DNA of 64,000 nt, from NCBI GenBank assembly GCA_038883775.1, contig JAVZLM010000004.1:1-64000 (forward strand), written 5' to 3'. A program made the position numbers and the translations under genes. Below are positions 47,083 through 56,456 of this stretch, piece by piece. Numbering within the stretch: position 1 is the stretch's first letter; the number at the start of each line of letters is the position of its first letter. A model generated the notes under the pieces. The model did not search any database. It saw nothing but the letters and a program-made list of their open reading frames with translations, and had not been told where the DNA came from. The stretch comes from Candidatus Bathyarchaeia archaeon. GTDB taxonomy: Archaea; Thermoproteota; Bathyarchaeia; Bathyarchaeales; Bathycorpusculaceae.

Positions 47083-48072
47083 TCACCTTTCAATTTTTGG
47101 AGAATTTGAAATTTTGTGACAAGCTACAAAATGACCCTTTTTAACTTCTAACAGTTGGGGTTCTTCAGTTTTGCAAATTTCTTCAACATAAGGGCATCTT
47201 GGACCCAATCTGCAGCCAACTGGATTAATGGAAAGATGAGGTTCTCCTGAAATTTTTATCTCAACTTCTGGAGCTTTTGGATTCGCCGTAAGAACACTTC
47301 CGGTGAGAGCAATCACGTAAGGATGCATCGGGTTTTCTATTATTTCTTCGGTCTCAGCGATTTCAACCACTTTTCCTAGATACATAACCACTATTCGTTC
47401 ACAAATGTGTTTGGCTGTTGCTATATCATGTGTGATGAACAAAACAGTGGATTGGTGTTCGTTTTTAATTTTCATTATAAGATTGAGGATTCCTACCCTA
47501 ATACTTGCATCGAGCATAGAAGTAGGTTCATCTGCTATCAAAAGTTGTGGATTTAAGATCATAGCTCTAGCGATGCTTGCCCGCTGGAGTTGTCCGCCGC
47601 TCATCTCATGAGGATATCTATATAGAAATTCTTCGGCTGGAAAAAGCCCTACTTCTTCTAGGATTTTAGACATAATTCCTATTTTTTCCTCTGGCGTTTC
47701 ACCAATGTCATGTGTAGTTAAAGGCTCGAGTAAGCTGGAATATAAGTTATATCTTGGATCAAAAGACGTATATGGATTTTGAAATATCATCTGAACTTTC
47801 CTTCTGAAAACCTTAAGTTGTTCTCCCTTAATTTTGGTAACATCTTCTCCACAAAAGAATACTTTTCCATCTGTAGGATCTTCAAGTTTTGCCAAAACTT
47901 TTCCTAACGTTGTTTTGCCACTTCCACTTTCTCCAACTAGACCAACTATTTCTCCAGGATTCAAGGAAACAGTTACGCCATCCACGGCTTTTATGTAACT
48001 TTTCACTTTGAAAATACTTTTTTCATATGGAAAATACTTTTTAAGATCAACCGTCTTGATTACCTCTACCAT
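47083..48072 (-). CDS. oppF: Oligopeptide ABC transporter ATP-binding subunit
   Basis: GESGSGKT, MSGGQLQR, ADEPT, C-terminal Cys cluster. Confidence 0.88.
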   Translation of the reverse strand: MVEVIKTVDLKKYFPYEKSIFKVKSYIKAVDGVTVSLNPGEIVGLVGESGSGKTTLGKVLAKLEDPTDGKVFFCGEDVTKIKGEQLKVFRRKVQMIFQNPYTSFDPRYNLYSSLLEPLTTHDIGETPEEKIGIMSKILEEVGLFPAEEFLYRYPHEMSGGQLQRASIARAMILNPQLLIADEPTSMLDASIRVGILNLIMKIKNEHQSTVLFITHDIATAKHICERIVVMYLGKVVEIAETEEIIENPMHPYVIALTGSVLTANPKAPEVEIKISGEPHLSINPVGCRLGPRCPYVEEICKTEEPQLLEVKKGHFVACHKISNSPKIER

Positions 48073-49037
48073 TCTATTTTTCCTCCCACGTCGAAGTGAC
48101 AAAGTGTAAGATGTTCTTTTTCTACCATTTTTAATGGAGGAGTTTTTTCTTCGCATATTTTTTTGGCATAAGGACAGCGTGGATGGAAAACGCATCCTTT
48201 TGGCGGATTTAAGAGATCTACAGGTGAACCTTTAATTTCTTCAATGTCTCCCCTTCTTTTTTTAATGTCCGTGTGGGATCTTAGGAGCATGAAGGTGTAC
48301 GGATTTCGTGGATTTAAGAAAATTTCTTCAGAAGGGCCATATTCAAAGATATATCCACCGTATAGGACTGCCACCAAATCGCTTACGTAAGCGCAGGCGG
48401 ATATATCATGGCTGATAAAAATTATAGTAATCCCCGTTCTTTCTTGCAGAGACCTAAATTCTTTTAAAAGTTTGTATTGCAATATGGCGTCTAAACCTGT
48501 TGTTGGTTCATCAGCTATTGCAACTTCCGGATTGAAAAGGAGGCTGGCGGCGATGAGGGCTCTTTCTTTCATTCCACCGCTCAGTTCGAAAAAATATCTG
48601 TTCATCATTTCCTCTGAAAGCCCCACTATTTTGAAAGTTTCTTTAACTCTTTGGATGGCTTGATCTTTATTTAATTTCATTCTCTCCATTAGCACTTCAG
48701 AAAGCTGGTTTCCTAATTTATGAATTGGGCTTAAAGCATTCAAGGCATTTTGCGGTATCAATGAGATATGTTTACCTCGTATTTCCTGCATTTCTTCTTC
48801 TGATAATTGAATGAGATTTTTATCGCGAAAGAAAATTTTACCTTTAACAACCCTTCCGTTTGGCGGCAAAACTCCCAATATTGTTTTTGCTAAAGTTGAC
48901 TTCCCGGATCCCGATTCTCCTAAGATTGCTGTTACTTTTCCTTGTGGAATGTTGAAGGAAACGTTGTTTAACGCTTTTACAGTTTTTCCCTTAAAATAGT
49001 ATTCCACTGACAGCTCTTCAATTTTAATTAAACTCAT
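48066..49037 (-). CDS. oppD: Oligopeptide ABC transporter ATP-binding subunit
   Basis: GESGSGKS, LSGGMKER, GCVFHPRC. Confidence 0.88.
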   Translation of the reverse strand: MSLIKIEELSVEYYFKGKTVKALNNVSFNIPQGKVTAILGESGSGKSTLAKTILGVLPPNGRVVKGKIFFRDKNLIQLSEEEMQEIRGKHISLIPQNALNALSPIHKLGNQLSEVLMERMKLNKDQAIQRVKETFKIVGLSEEMMNRYFFELSGGMKERALIAASLLFNPEVAIADEPTTGLDAILQYKLLKEFRSLQERTGITIIFISHDISACAYVSDLVAVLYGGYIFEYGPSEEIFLNPRNPYTFMLLRSHTDIKKRRGDIEEIKGSPVDLLNPPKGCVFHPRCPYAKKICEEKTPPLKMVEKEHLTLCHFDVGGKIEW

Positions 49038-49888
49038 TTTGCCACCATTCCTTTTGGAGAGAGAATCCTTGCAACAGCATCTCCTATCAAGTGAAGCGCA
49101 AATGTTGTTAGTAAAAGCATTAATCCTGGAAATAGGGAAAGCCACCAGCATGTTGTTATGAAACTCTGTCCATGGTAAATCATCTTGCCCCACGTTATTG
49201 CGTTAGGGTCTCCTAAACCCAAAAAACTTAATCCAGCTTCGGTTATCATCGCCCCAGCACTTTGGAGAATTGTGTTTGCTATAACTGGTTGAATTGAGTT
49301 GGGTATAACGTGGTAAAACAGTATTTTAAAGTTGCTTACTCCAATAACTTTGGAGGCTTGAACAAATTCTCTTTCTTTAACTGTTAAAACTTGTGCTCTT
49401 GTAATTCTGGCATTGGACGGCCAAATTAAAAACCCTATAACGATCATCACATAGAAAATATTTCCTCCATAGATTGCAACTATAAAAAGCGCCAAGAAAA
49501 AGACAGGAATAACTAGAAAAATGTCCGTAATTCTGCAGAGAAGATCATCTAATAATCCTCCATAATATCCAGCCACTCCTCCAAGGGTCAACCCTATAAC
49601 GAGGGATATAAACGCAGCCATAAATCCTATAGCTATCGAGGTTCTGCCTCCCCATATGACTCTGCTAAGGAGGTCCCTTCCAAGAGCATCTGTTCCCATG
49701 GGATGTTCAAGAGATGGTGGTTGCAAAGGTGCATACACCAGAACAACGGGATTTGCTATTGGCAAGTATGGAGCTAAAATGGCTAGTAGGGCAATAGTGC
49801 TCAAAATTATTAATCCAATAACTCCAAATTTATCTTTAGAGTAACTTACAAAAAAATTTTGAAGTTTTTTGAGGACTGTAAACCGCAA
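49034..49888 (-). CDS. oppC: Oligopeptide ABC transporter permease
   Basis: GTDALGRD, EAGLSFLGLG. Confidence 0.9.
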   Translation of the reverse strand: MRFTVLKKLQNFFVSYSKDKFGVIGLIILSTIALLAILAPYLPIANPVVLVYAPLQPPSLEHPMGTDALGRDLLSRVIWGGRTSIAIGFMAAFISLVIGLTLGGVAGYYGGLLDDLLCRITDIFLVIPVFFLALFIVAIYGGNIFYVMIVIGFLIWPSNARITRAQVLTVKEREFVQASKVIGVSNFKILFYHVIPNSIQPVIANTILQSAGAMITEAGLSFLGLGDPNAITWGKMIYHGQSFITTCWWLSLFPGLMLLLTTFALHLIGDAVARILSPKGMVAK

Positions 49889-49912
49889 CTTCTTCTTTCA
49901 CCTCTCAATCCT

Positions 49913-50893
49913 TTATCTGTATTTAACTCTGGGATCTAGGAACGTGTAGATTATATCTGTTATGAAGCTAGCCGTGGTCACCCCTATAGCCATAATTAGG
50001 TAGATCCCCATCAAGAGGGGATAATCTCTGTAGTTGGCTGCATTGAGCATTAGCCTTCCAATGCCAGGCCATGCGAAAACTGTTTCAGTTAATGCGGCGC
50101 CCGTTAGCACAAAGCCGAGTGATATTCCGAATATAGTTACTGGTGGTAACAGGGCGTTTCGTAGGATATACTTTCTAAATATTTTATTTTTAGGTAATCC
50201 ATAAGATTGAAATGTTGACACATACTCTTCATTAGACTGCTCCAAGACGCTTGACCTTGTAACTTTATAGAAAACTGGCGCATACGCACCAATGGCTAAA
50301 ACGGATGCTGGAAGAATTAAATGGTATAAAACGTCTAACCAATATCTTATACCCGTATAGCTACCTCTTGGATCCAGCATTCCAGCCACTGGAAATATTC
50401 GAAGGTGAACCGAGAATATTAAAATCATTATTATAGCAAACCAGAAAACCGGCATAGAATACAGTAGCAAGGCTGAAAATGAGAGTCCCGTATCTATTCG
50501 TGATGGGAATTTTCTTGCCGAGAAAGCTCCTAGAAGAACGCCTACCACGAAACCTATGGGTAGACTGGTTAGCGTAAGAAGTAGTGTTGGAATCATTCTC
50601 TCCATTATTAACTCAATGACAGGCGCTGTAAATCTGTATGAATAGCCAAAATCTCCCTGAATCAGATGGGACATATAAATAATGAACCGTTCATAAATTG
50701 GTTTGTCCAATCCCCATCTTTTTGTCATGGCCTCCAGATACTCTGGATCTGATACTGCGTATTCTCCAGCCATATATCTTACTGGGTTGCCTGGAGCTAA
50801 ATTTATAATGAAAAAGTTTAATGATAAAACGAATATTATCGTTATAACCATTTGAATCAGACGTCTTACGATATAACGAGTCGTTCCGCCCAT
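49913..50893 (-). CDS. oppB: Oligopeptide ABC transporter permease
   Basis: APGNP, GDFGYS, ETVFAWPGIG, RDYP, DPR. Confidence 0.9.
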   Translation of the reverse strand: MGGTTRYIVRRLIQMVITIIFVLSLNFFIINLAPGNPVRYMAGEYAVSDPEYLEAMTKRWGLDKPIYERFIIYMSHLIQGDFGYSYRFTAPVIELIMERMIPTLLLTLTSLPIGFVVGVLLGAFSARKFPSRIDTGLSFSALLLYSMPVFWFAIIMILIFSVHLRIFPVAGMLDPRGSYTGIRYWLDVLYHLILPASVLAIGAYAPVFYKVTRSSVLEQSNEEYVSTFQSYGLPKNKIFRKYILRNALLPPVTIFGISLGFVLTGAALTETVFAWPGIGRLMLNAANYRDYPLLMGIYLIMAIGVTTASFITDIIYTFLDPRVKYR

Positions 50894-50928
50894 TTTAATT
50901 TCCCTTACAAAAATAAAAAAGGGATAAT

Positions 50929-52872
50929 TTAAGTTTTCTTCTTTTTTGTGTAATAGATTCCTATCGCAAGCACTACGATTACGATTATAACAATTGCCGC
51001 TACTATCAATTCAATGGGATACGCTGGCGGTGGGGTTGGTGGAGGAGGTTGTTCCGGTGTTGTTGCACTTTCGGCTGCTGCTATAGCTTGTTGACATAGG
51101 GTTGCTGCAGCTTCGTAGTCTCCTTCTTCAAAAGCGTCAAGTGCTTGTTGATAAAGTGTCCTAGCTTGGTCGAGGCCTACTGATCTATTTTCAGCTTCAG
51201 CTTCAGCTATTGCAGCTTCTACATCATCAAAAGTTGTAGTTGAGAATCCTTGTTCCCACCATGTGTATTGGTAAGAACCGATGCCGACTGTTCTGGACCA
51301 TGGCCTTTCAAACCATAAGTCATGGAAATATGTGTGCCAAATTCCGAAGCCTGTTACTTCAAGTATCCATATATATGGAAGATCCCTTGCCACTATACTT
51401 TGTATTCTATAGTATATTTCTTTCCTAGCTTCTAAGTCTGTTTCTTGGAGACCTTGATCAAAAAGCTGGTCAACTTCCGTGTTATTGTAGCCTGCAAAGT
51501 TAATGTATTCCTTGCTTCCCACTCGCAATATGAAGTTGGCTGGATCTGGACCTTGGAAACCGTCACAGAGCGCTATGTCATAGTCGCGTTGTTTAACTAC
51601 TTTTTCCTCCCAGATGTTAAACTCAGACACTCTTAAAGTAACTTCAATTCCAACTCTTGCCAACTGATCCCTTATCACTTCGCCTATAGACTCCTCTTCG
51701 GGGCCAGTCCAACAGTCATATGTTATAGTAAACCTTATACCAGTAACTGGATCTTTAGGATAGCCAGCCTCGTCCAGCAGTCTTTCGGCCTCTGTAATGT
51801 TGTACTCTGGCAGTGTTGCACTTTCATTTATTGCCCAAGCCACCGCAGGCGTGTAATGATATTTCGCTGGAATATTCCAACCTTTACAGGCTACTTCGTT
51901 TATTTCAGTTCTGTTTATGGCGTATGCCAAAGCAAATCTCACACGAACATCTTGGAATAAAGTTCTGTTAAGGTTCATTCCTATATACCATCTGCTCGCA
52001 GTTGGATAGCTTCGAACCCTTGTATCTACAGTTGCGTTAATCAAAGGTATTAACGAAAGCTCAGGTCTTTGTGTTAATATGTCTCCTTCTCGAGCTTGGA
52101 AAGCTTGAAGGGCCACGGATGCGTCTGGAATTATTTTGAAAACTACTTTGCTCACGTAAGGTCTTCCCTTATGGTAATCATAGAATGGTTCCAGCGTTAT
52201 ATGTTCTCCTCTCATCCATTCCACTAACTTGAATGGACCGCTTCCTATGGGCTGAGTTAAATATGGAATACTTGCATCAAGCCAATTTCCTACCACACTC
52301 CAGTCTCCGTTAGGGTTGCAAATTGGTTCCCATATGTGCGCGGGCATGATCCATGTGCCATACCAGGACACCATTGTTAGGAAAGGCGCATATCCAGTTT
52401 TTAGGTGAAAGACAACAGTATGGTTATCCGGACACTCTATGCTTTCAATGTTACTAGCTTTTATTCGACCATAAGATACTCCTTTCGAATAATTAATGGC
52501 TTCGAAGGTGAACTTGACATCATGGCTTGTTACTGGAACACCATCATGCCACGTGGCATTAGGATACAAATAGAATGTCCAATTTTTAGCATCAGGTGAG
52601 GCCTCCCAAGCGTAAGCTAGGTCTGGAACCACGTCGTATTCCCTTGTTAGCACAAATAACTGATTGTAAATATTTCTAAAGATAGCTGCACCTGCATCAT
52701 CAACTTGCGCATTGGGGTTCATGCTTTTAGGATCTTCCCAGTGAATTACCACAAGGATACCGCCATATCTAGGTCCTTCTACAGTAGATTCAGCAAAAAT
52801 CGCCGTATAATTCAGAGTTGACAATAGGCAAACTAGTACAAGCGAAAAAAGGCTTCTTACTTTCTTATTCAT
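50929..52872 (-). CDS. oppA: Peptide ABC transporter substrate-binding protein (family 5), C-terminal membrane anchor
   Basis: PDLA..W, WHDGVPVTSHDVKFT, GSGPF; Pro-rich linker plus TM plus KKKT. Confidence 0.9.
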   Translation of the reverse strand: MNKKVRSLFSLVLVCLLSTLNYTAIFAESTVEGPRYGGILVVIHWEDPKSMNPNAQVDDAGAAIFRNIYNQLFVLTREYDVVPDLAYAWEASPDAKNWTFYLYPNATWHDGVPVTSHDVKFTFEAINYSKGVSYGRIKASNIESIECPDNHTVVFHLKTGYAPFLTMVSWYGTWIMPAHIWEPICNPNGDWSVVGNWLDASIPYLTQPIGSGPFKLVEWMRGEHITLEPFYDYHKGRPYVSKVVFKIIPDASVALQAFQAREGDILTQRPELSLIPLINATVDTRVRSYPTASRWYIGMNLNRTLFQDVRVRFALAYAINRTEINEVACKGWNIPAKYHYTPAVAWAINESATLPEYNITEAERLLDEAGYPKDPVTGIRFTITYDCWTGPEEESIGEVIRDQLARVGIEVTLRVSEFNIWEEKVVKQRDYDIALCDGFQGPDPANFILRVGSKEYINFAGYNNTEVDQLFDQGLQETDLEARKEIYYRIQSIVARDLPYIWILEVTGFGIWHTYFHDLWFERPWSRTVGIGSYQYTWWEQGFSTTTFDDVEAAIAEAEAENRSVGLDQARTLYQQALDAFEEGDYEAAATLCQQAIAAAESATTPEQPPPPTPPPAYPIELIVAAIVIIVIVVLAIGIYYTKKKKT

Positions 52873-53118
52873 ATTGATATTCTCCTGAAACCATTTTTTA
52901 ATAGTTATTTGAGAATTTAAATTTTATTCCCTTTATTATCAAATTAAACTGCTTAAACAGAAAAATGCATTTTAAAATTTGAAAAAGATTCTTTATCTAT
53001 AACAAAAACATAGAAGAGAGAGTCTATGCTGATTTGATTTCACACAAAATTTGATGCGATTTGTTTATGTTTAACTAATCACGCTAATATTCAGAGCCAA
53101 AAGTAAAGGTGAAAATAA

Positions 53119-54186
53119 TTGCAAACTAATAAGGGTAACATAACCATGTTGCATGGCGCCGGCGGAACCGTCATGCATGAGCTTGTTAAGAATTATATAG
53201 TTAAGTATTTTGGCGGTTTTGGCAATGCCGAGGTTCCATTAGAAGCTTTAGATGATGCAGCAGTTGTAGGCGCTATAGTGCTTAAAAGCGATTCCCACGC
53301 CGTAAAACCTATCTTTTTCCCAGGCGGAGACATTGGACGCTTGGCAGTTTCTGGCACAGTCAACGACATTGCGGTTTTAGGCGCCGAACCCTACGCTTTA
53401 ACCTGCGGCTTTGTTTTGGAAGAAGGCTTAGCCATATCTAATTTTGAAAAAATTTTGGCTAGCATGCAAAAAACATGTCGTGAAGCAGCCGTGAGCATTG
53501 TTACTGGCGATACGAAAGTTGTGGAGAAGGGGAGCCTAGGCGGCTGCATAATAAACACTTCTGGGATCGGCAGAAGAACCCAAGCCCTAGAAGAAAATTT
53601 TAAGATTGTTAAAAAGTTTAGAAGGGATTTTAGTGCTCGTTGGGTTTTGGATTCAAACCTTAAAGAAGGCGACAAAATCATATTGTCTGGAACAGTGGGC
53701 GATCATGGCTTAGCAGTTTTATCAGCCCAAGAAGGACTAAGCTTCGGAAGCAGCATAAAATCTGACGTCAAACCCCTAAATCGCTTAATTCAACGCTTAT
53801 TGGGCGAAGTTGGCGGCATAGTCGCCATGAAAGATCCAACAAGGGGCGGCTTAGCTGACGCCTTAAACGAGTTCAGCGAAAAATCCAACATTGGCATACT
53901 AATCCATGAAGAAAAAATTCCAATAAGGGAAAATGTGCGAGCAGCATGCGAAATGTTGGGATTAGACCCCTTAGAAGTTGGAAACGAAGGCAAAGTAATC
54001 ATCGGAGTTGTGAAGGAAAAAACTGAAGAAATTTTGGAAATGTTAAGGACTACAAAGGAAGGGAAAGAAGCAGAAATCATAGGCGAAACAACAAAAGGTT
54101 TCAAAGGCGTTGCCATGCAAACCGTTGTCGGCGGAAAAAGAATAATAGCCAGACCCATAGGAGATCCCGTTCCAAGGATATGTTAA
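53119..54186 (+). CDS. hypE: Hydrogenase maturation protein HypE
   Basis: HGAGG, DDAAV, GDTKV, DPTRGG, C-terminal PRIC. Confidence 0.95.
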   Translation: MQTNKGNITMLHGAGGTVMHELVKNYIVKYFGGFGNAEVPLEALDDAAVVGAIVLKSDSHAVKPIFFPGGDIGRLAVSGTVNDIAVLGAEPYALTCGFVLEEGLAISNFEKILASMQKTCREAAVSIVTGDTKVVEKGSLGGCIINTSGIGRRTQALEENFKIVKKFRRDFSARWVLDSNLKEGDKIILSGTVGDHGLAVLSAQEGLSFGSSIKSDVKPLNRLIQRLLGEVGGIVAMKDPTRGGLADALNEFSEKSNIGILIHEEKIPIRENVRAACEMLGLDPLEVGNEGKVIIGVVKEKTEEILEMLRTTKEGKEAEIIGETTKGFKGVAMQTVVGGKRIIARPIGDPVPRIC

Positions 54187-54284
54187 CTATCATGAAATCA
54201 TACAATTTTTAATCAAATTTTACAAAACGAGAATGTATAGTTTTGTTTCTGAATAAGCTCTAGAAAAATAAAGAAAGTGAAGGA

Positions 54285-54824
54285 TCATGGTGGAGGCGGA
54301 GGAGGTTGAGAAGGCGGTGGAGGTACGGCAGATATCTTTATTGAGAAGAACGCTACGGCAACAAGTATCCAAGCTACAAGCATCAATATTGCGCCGATAA
54401 TTATTATGGTTAAAATGGCGCCTATGAGTAGCAGTAATCCAGCAGTATCAAACATTTTCTCTCCGGACTTCATGGAAAGAATGTTAAAAGATTTCTTAAA
54501 GAATATAGCGCCAAGTAAATAGAAGATGAACATGAGGACCACAGCGAAAATCACGCCTCCAATAAATGCGAGGGGATCTGCAAACATACCGCCGAAGAAA
54601 GCGCCCACTAAAACAAAAGCAGCTGCTACAACTGCTATTATATAAAAGATGATCCCATAAAGTGCATTTTGGAATATAGCGTTTTCTTTGTAGTATTCAG
54701 CTAGGCCCTTAAGGGCTATCATCACTAGTATTATGCCGATAATGCCTATTATTGGAACTATAGCTCCTATTGCAACTAGTAGCGCGCCTATGCCGCCTAA
54801 TGTTTTGTTTGATTCTAAGCTCAT
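54285..54824 (-). CDS. DUF996-like membrane protein
   Basis: KTLGGIGALL, TAGLLLLIGAIL; Pro-rich tail. Confidence 0.75.
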   Translation of the reverse strand: MSLESNKTLGGIGALLVAIGAIVPIIGIIGIILVMIALKGLAEYYKENAIFQNALYGIIFYIIAVVAAAFVLVGAFFGGMFADPLAFIGGVIFAVVLMFIFYLLGAIFFKKSFNILSMKSGEKMFDTAGLLLLIGAILTIIIIGAILMLVAWILVAVAFFSIKISAVPPPPSQPPPPPP

Positions 54825-54901
54825 TTATAAAACCTCGGTGAGTGGTTTGCGTCTTTTAAATAAAAGCTTTTCTATAAATTCAAATTAAGGCAATTTTCGC
54901 A

Positions 54902-55048
54902 TCATCTTCTCTGAAGATAATTGTAGAGTTCTCTTGCATAATTTGCAAGGCTTTCAACACGTTTACTCAACTCTTCAACCCTCACTTCAAGCTTAACAAT
55001 TCTCTCTCGAAGCTCCAAAAGTTCCTTCTTTAATTCCTCTTCAGGCAT
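54902..55048 (-). CDS. Small coiled-coil protein (48 aa, not in ORF track)
   Basis: Manual translation MPEEELKKELLELRERIVKLEVRVEELSKRVESLANYARELYNYLQRR; heptad pattern; GGTG before ATG. Confidence 0.65.
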   Translation of the reverse strand: MPEEELKKELLELRERIVKLEVRVEELSKRVESLANYARELYNYLQRR

Positions 55049-55075
55049 AAGCACCAAATCCAATTGTTATTTATT

Positions 55076-56164
55076 TTATCTTGTTATATTTATCGCCTTC
55101 GCCCATATGCGGCATGTTCCTTCTATGCTAACCATGCAAGCGCCAACTGGCTTTTGTGGCGTGCACGCCTTCATGAAAAGTGGGCATTCTGTTGGTTTTA
55201 TTTTCCCGATGATGACGAGGTGGCATTTGCAGCCATGTTGTATGTCAACGCCGCTTTCAACTTTAACATCATATTTTAAATGAGCATCGTATGCCGCATA
55301 CTCCTCATTCATGGCAAGTTTGGAGGAGGGAATTGTTCCTATTCCACGCCAGTTGCCATCCGCAACACTGAAAACTTTCTGCATAATTTTTTGCGCTTTC
55401 GTGTTGCCTTCCCAACGTACAGCCCGAGTATACTCGTTTTCCAGGCGTGGTTTGCCTTCGCTTACCTGTTTCAGAATCATGTAAATGCCAAATAATACGT
55501 CTATTGGTTCGAAACCAGCCACAACAGTTGGCATGCCATAATTTTTTGGAAAAATTTTGTAAGGCTTAAGCCCAATAATTGTGCTGACATGCCCAGGGGC
55601 TATGAAACCGTTTAGGCTTAAGTCTTTCTTTTCAACGAGCACTTTCATTGCTGGAGGAATCAAACGATGCGAAACCAAGAAGCTAAGATTTTCGGGCGGC
55701 TTTTTCAGAATCTCCACCGCTGTGGAAGGCGCGGTTGTTTCAAAGCCAATGGCGAAAAAGGCAAATTCTTTATGCGGTTCTTTCTCAGCCATTTTGACAG
55801 CATCGCTAACGCTGTAGACTATCCTGACAGCGGCGCCTTCAGCTTTAGCGTCTAAAAGCGACATTTTCGAGCCTGGAACCCGCAGAACATCACCAAAACA
55901 TGTTATAATAACGCCTTTTAGGGCTAAACGTATTGCTTCGTCAACTTCTGATGCTGGTGTTACGCAAACTGGACAGCCTGGTCCAGCGATAACTTCAACA
56001 TTTTTGGGTAGGAGGCTACGGATGCCATAATGCGTGATAGTCCATTCGTGGGTGCCGCAGACATGACAAATCTTTATTTGAGCTTCTTTTGGTGTGGTTT
56101 CATGGATTTTTTCTGCTATGCGCTTCGCCAATTTTGGGTCTCTAAACCTTAACTTTTCAGCCAT
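55076..56164 (-). CDS. hypD: Hydrogenase maturation protein HypD
   Basis: CGTH, GPGCPVC, GFETT, PGHV, C-terminal Cys cluster. Confidence 0.95.
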   Translation of the reverse strand: MAEKLRFRDPKLAKRIAEKIHETTPKEAQIKICHVCGTHEWTITHYGIRSLLPKNVEVIAGPGCPVCVTPASEVDEAIRLALKGVIITCFGDVLRVPGSKMSLLDAKAEGAAVRIVYSVSDAVKMAEKEPHKEFAFFAIGFETTAPSTAVEILKKPPENLSFLVSHRLIPPAMKVLVEKKDLSLNGFIAPGHVSTIIGLKPYKIFPKNYGMPTVVAGFEPIDVLFGIYMILKQVSEGKPRLENEYTRAVRWEGNTKAQKIMQKVFSVADGNWRGIGTIPSSKLAMNEEYAAYDAHLKYDVKVESGVDIQHGCKCHLVIIGKIKPTECPLFMKACTPQKPVGACMVSIEGTCRIWAKAINITR

Positions 56165-56174
56165 ATCCCTTCAA

Positions 56175-56408
56175 CTACTGTTTAGCTTCAGTTTCTGCTT
56201 GGAGGATTTCATTCCATACGCTTATTGTTTCCAAAGCCTCTTTCTCGCTTAATACTTGAATTGCGTAACCAGCATGAACAAGAACATAATCGCCAACTTT
56301 GGCATCCACAAGCGTTACATTAACTTCTCTTAAAACACCCTCGCCGAAATCTACTTGGGCTTTATCTTCTTTGATGTTTATGACTTTTGCTGGGATAGCC
56401 AAACACAT
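56175..56408 (-). CDS. hypC: Hydrogenase maturation chaperone HypC
   Basis: MCLAIP, VLVHAGYA. Confidence 0.95.
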   Translation of the reverse strand: MCLAIPAKVINIKEDKAQVDFGEGVLREVNVTLVDAKVGDYVLVHAGYAIQVLSEKEALETISVWNEILQAETEAKQ

Positions 56409-56456
56409 CTTTATCACTAAACCCGAAAGATTAACAAAAATAAATTGGTTATGGTT

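Noticed and set aside
52873-53118. attR copy of tRNA-Gly bounding the opp island
   Set aside because: No tRNA 3' repeat or integrase remnant seen
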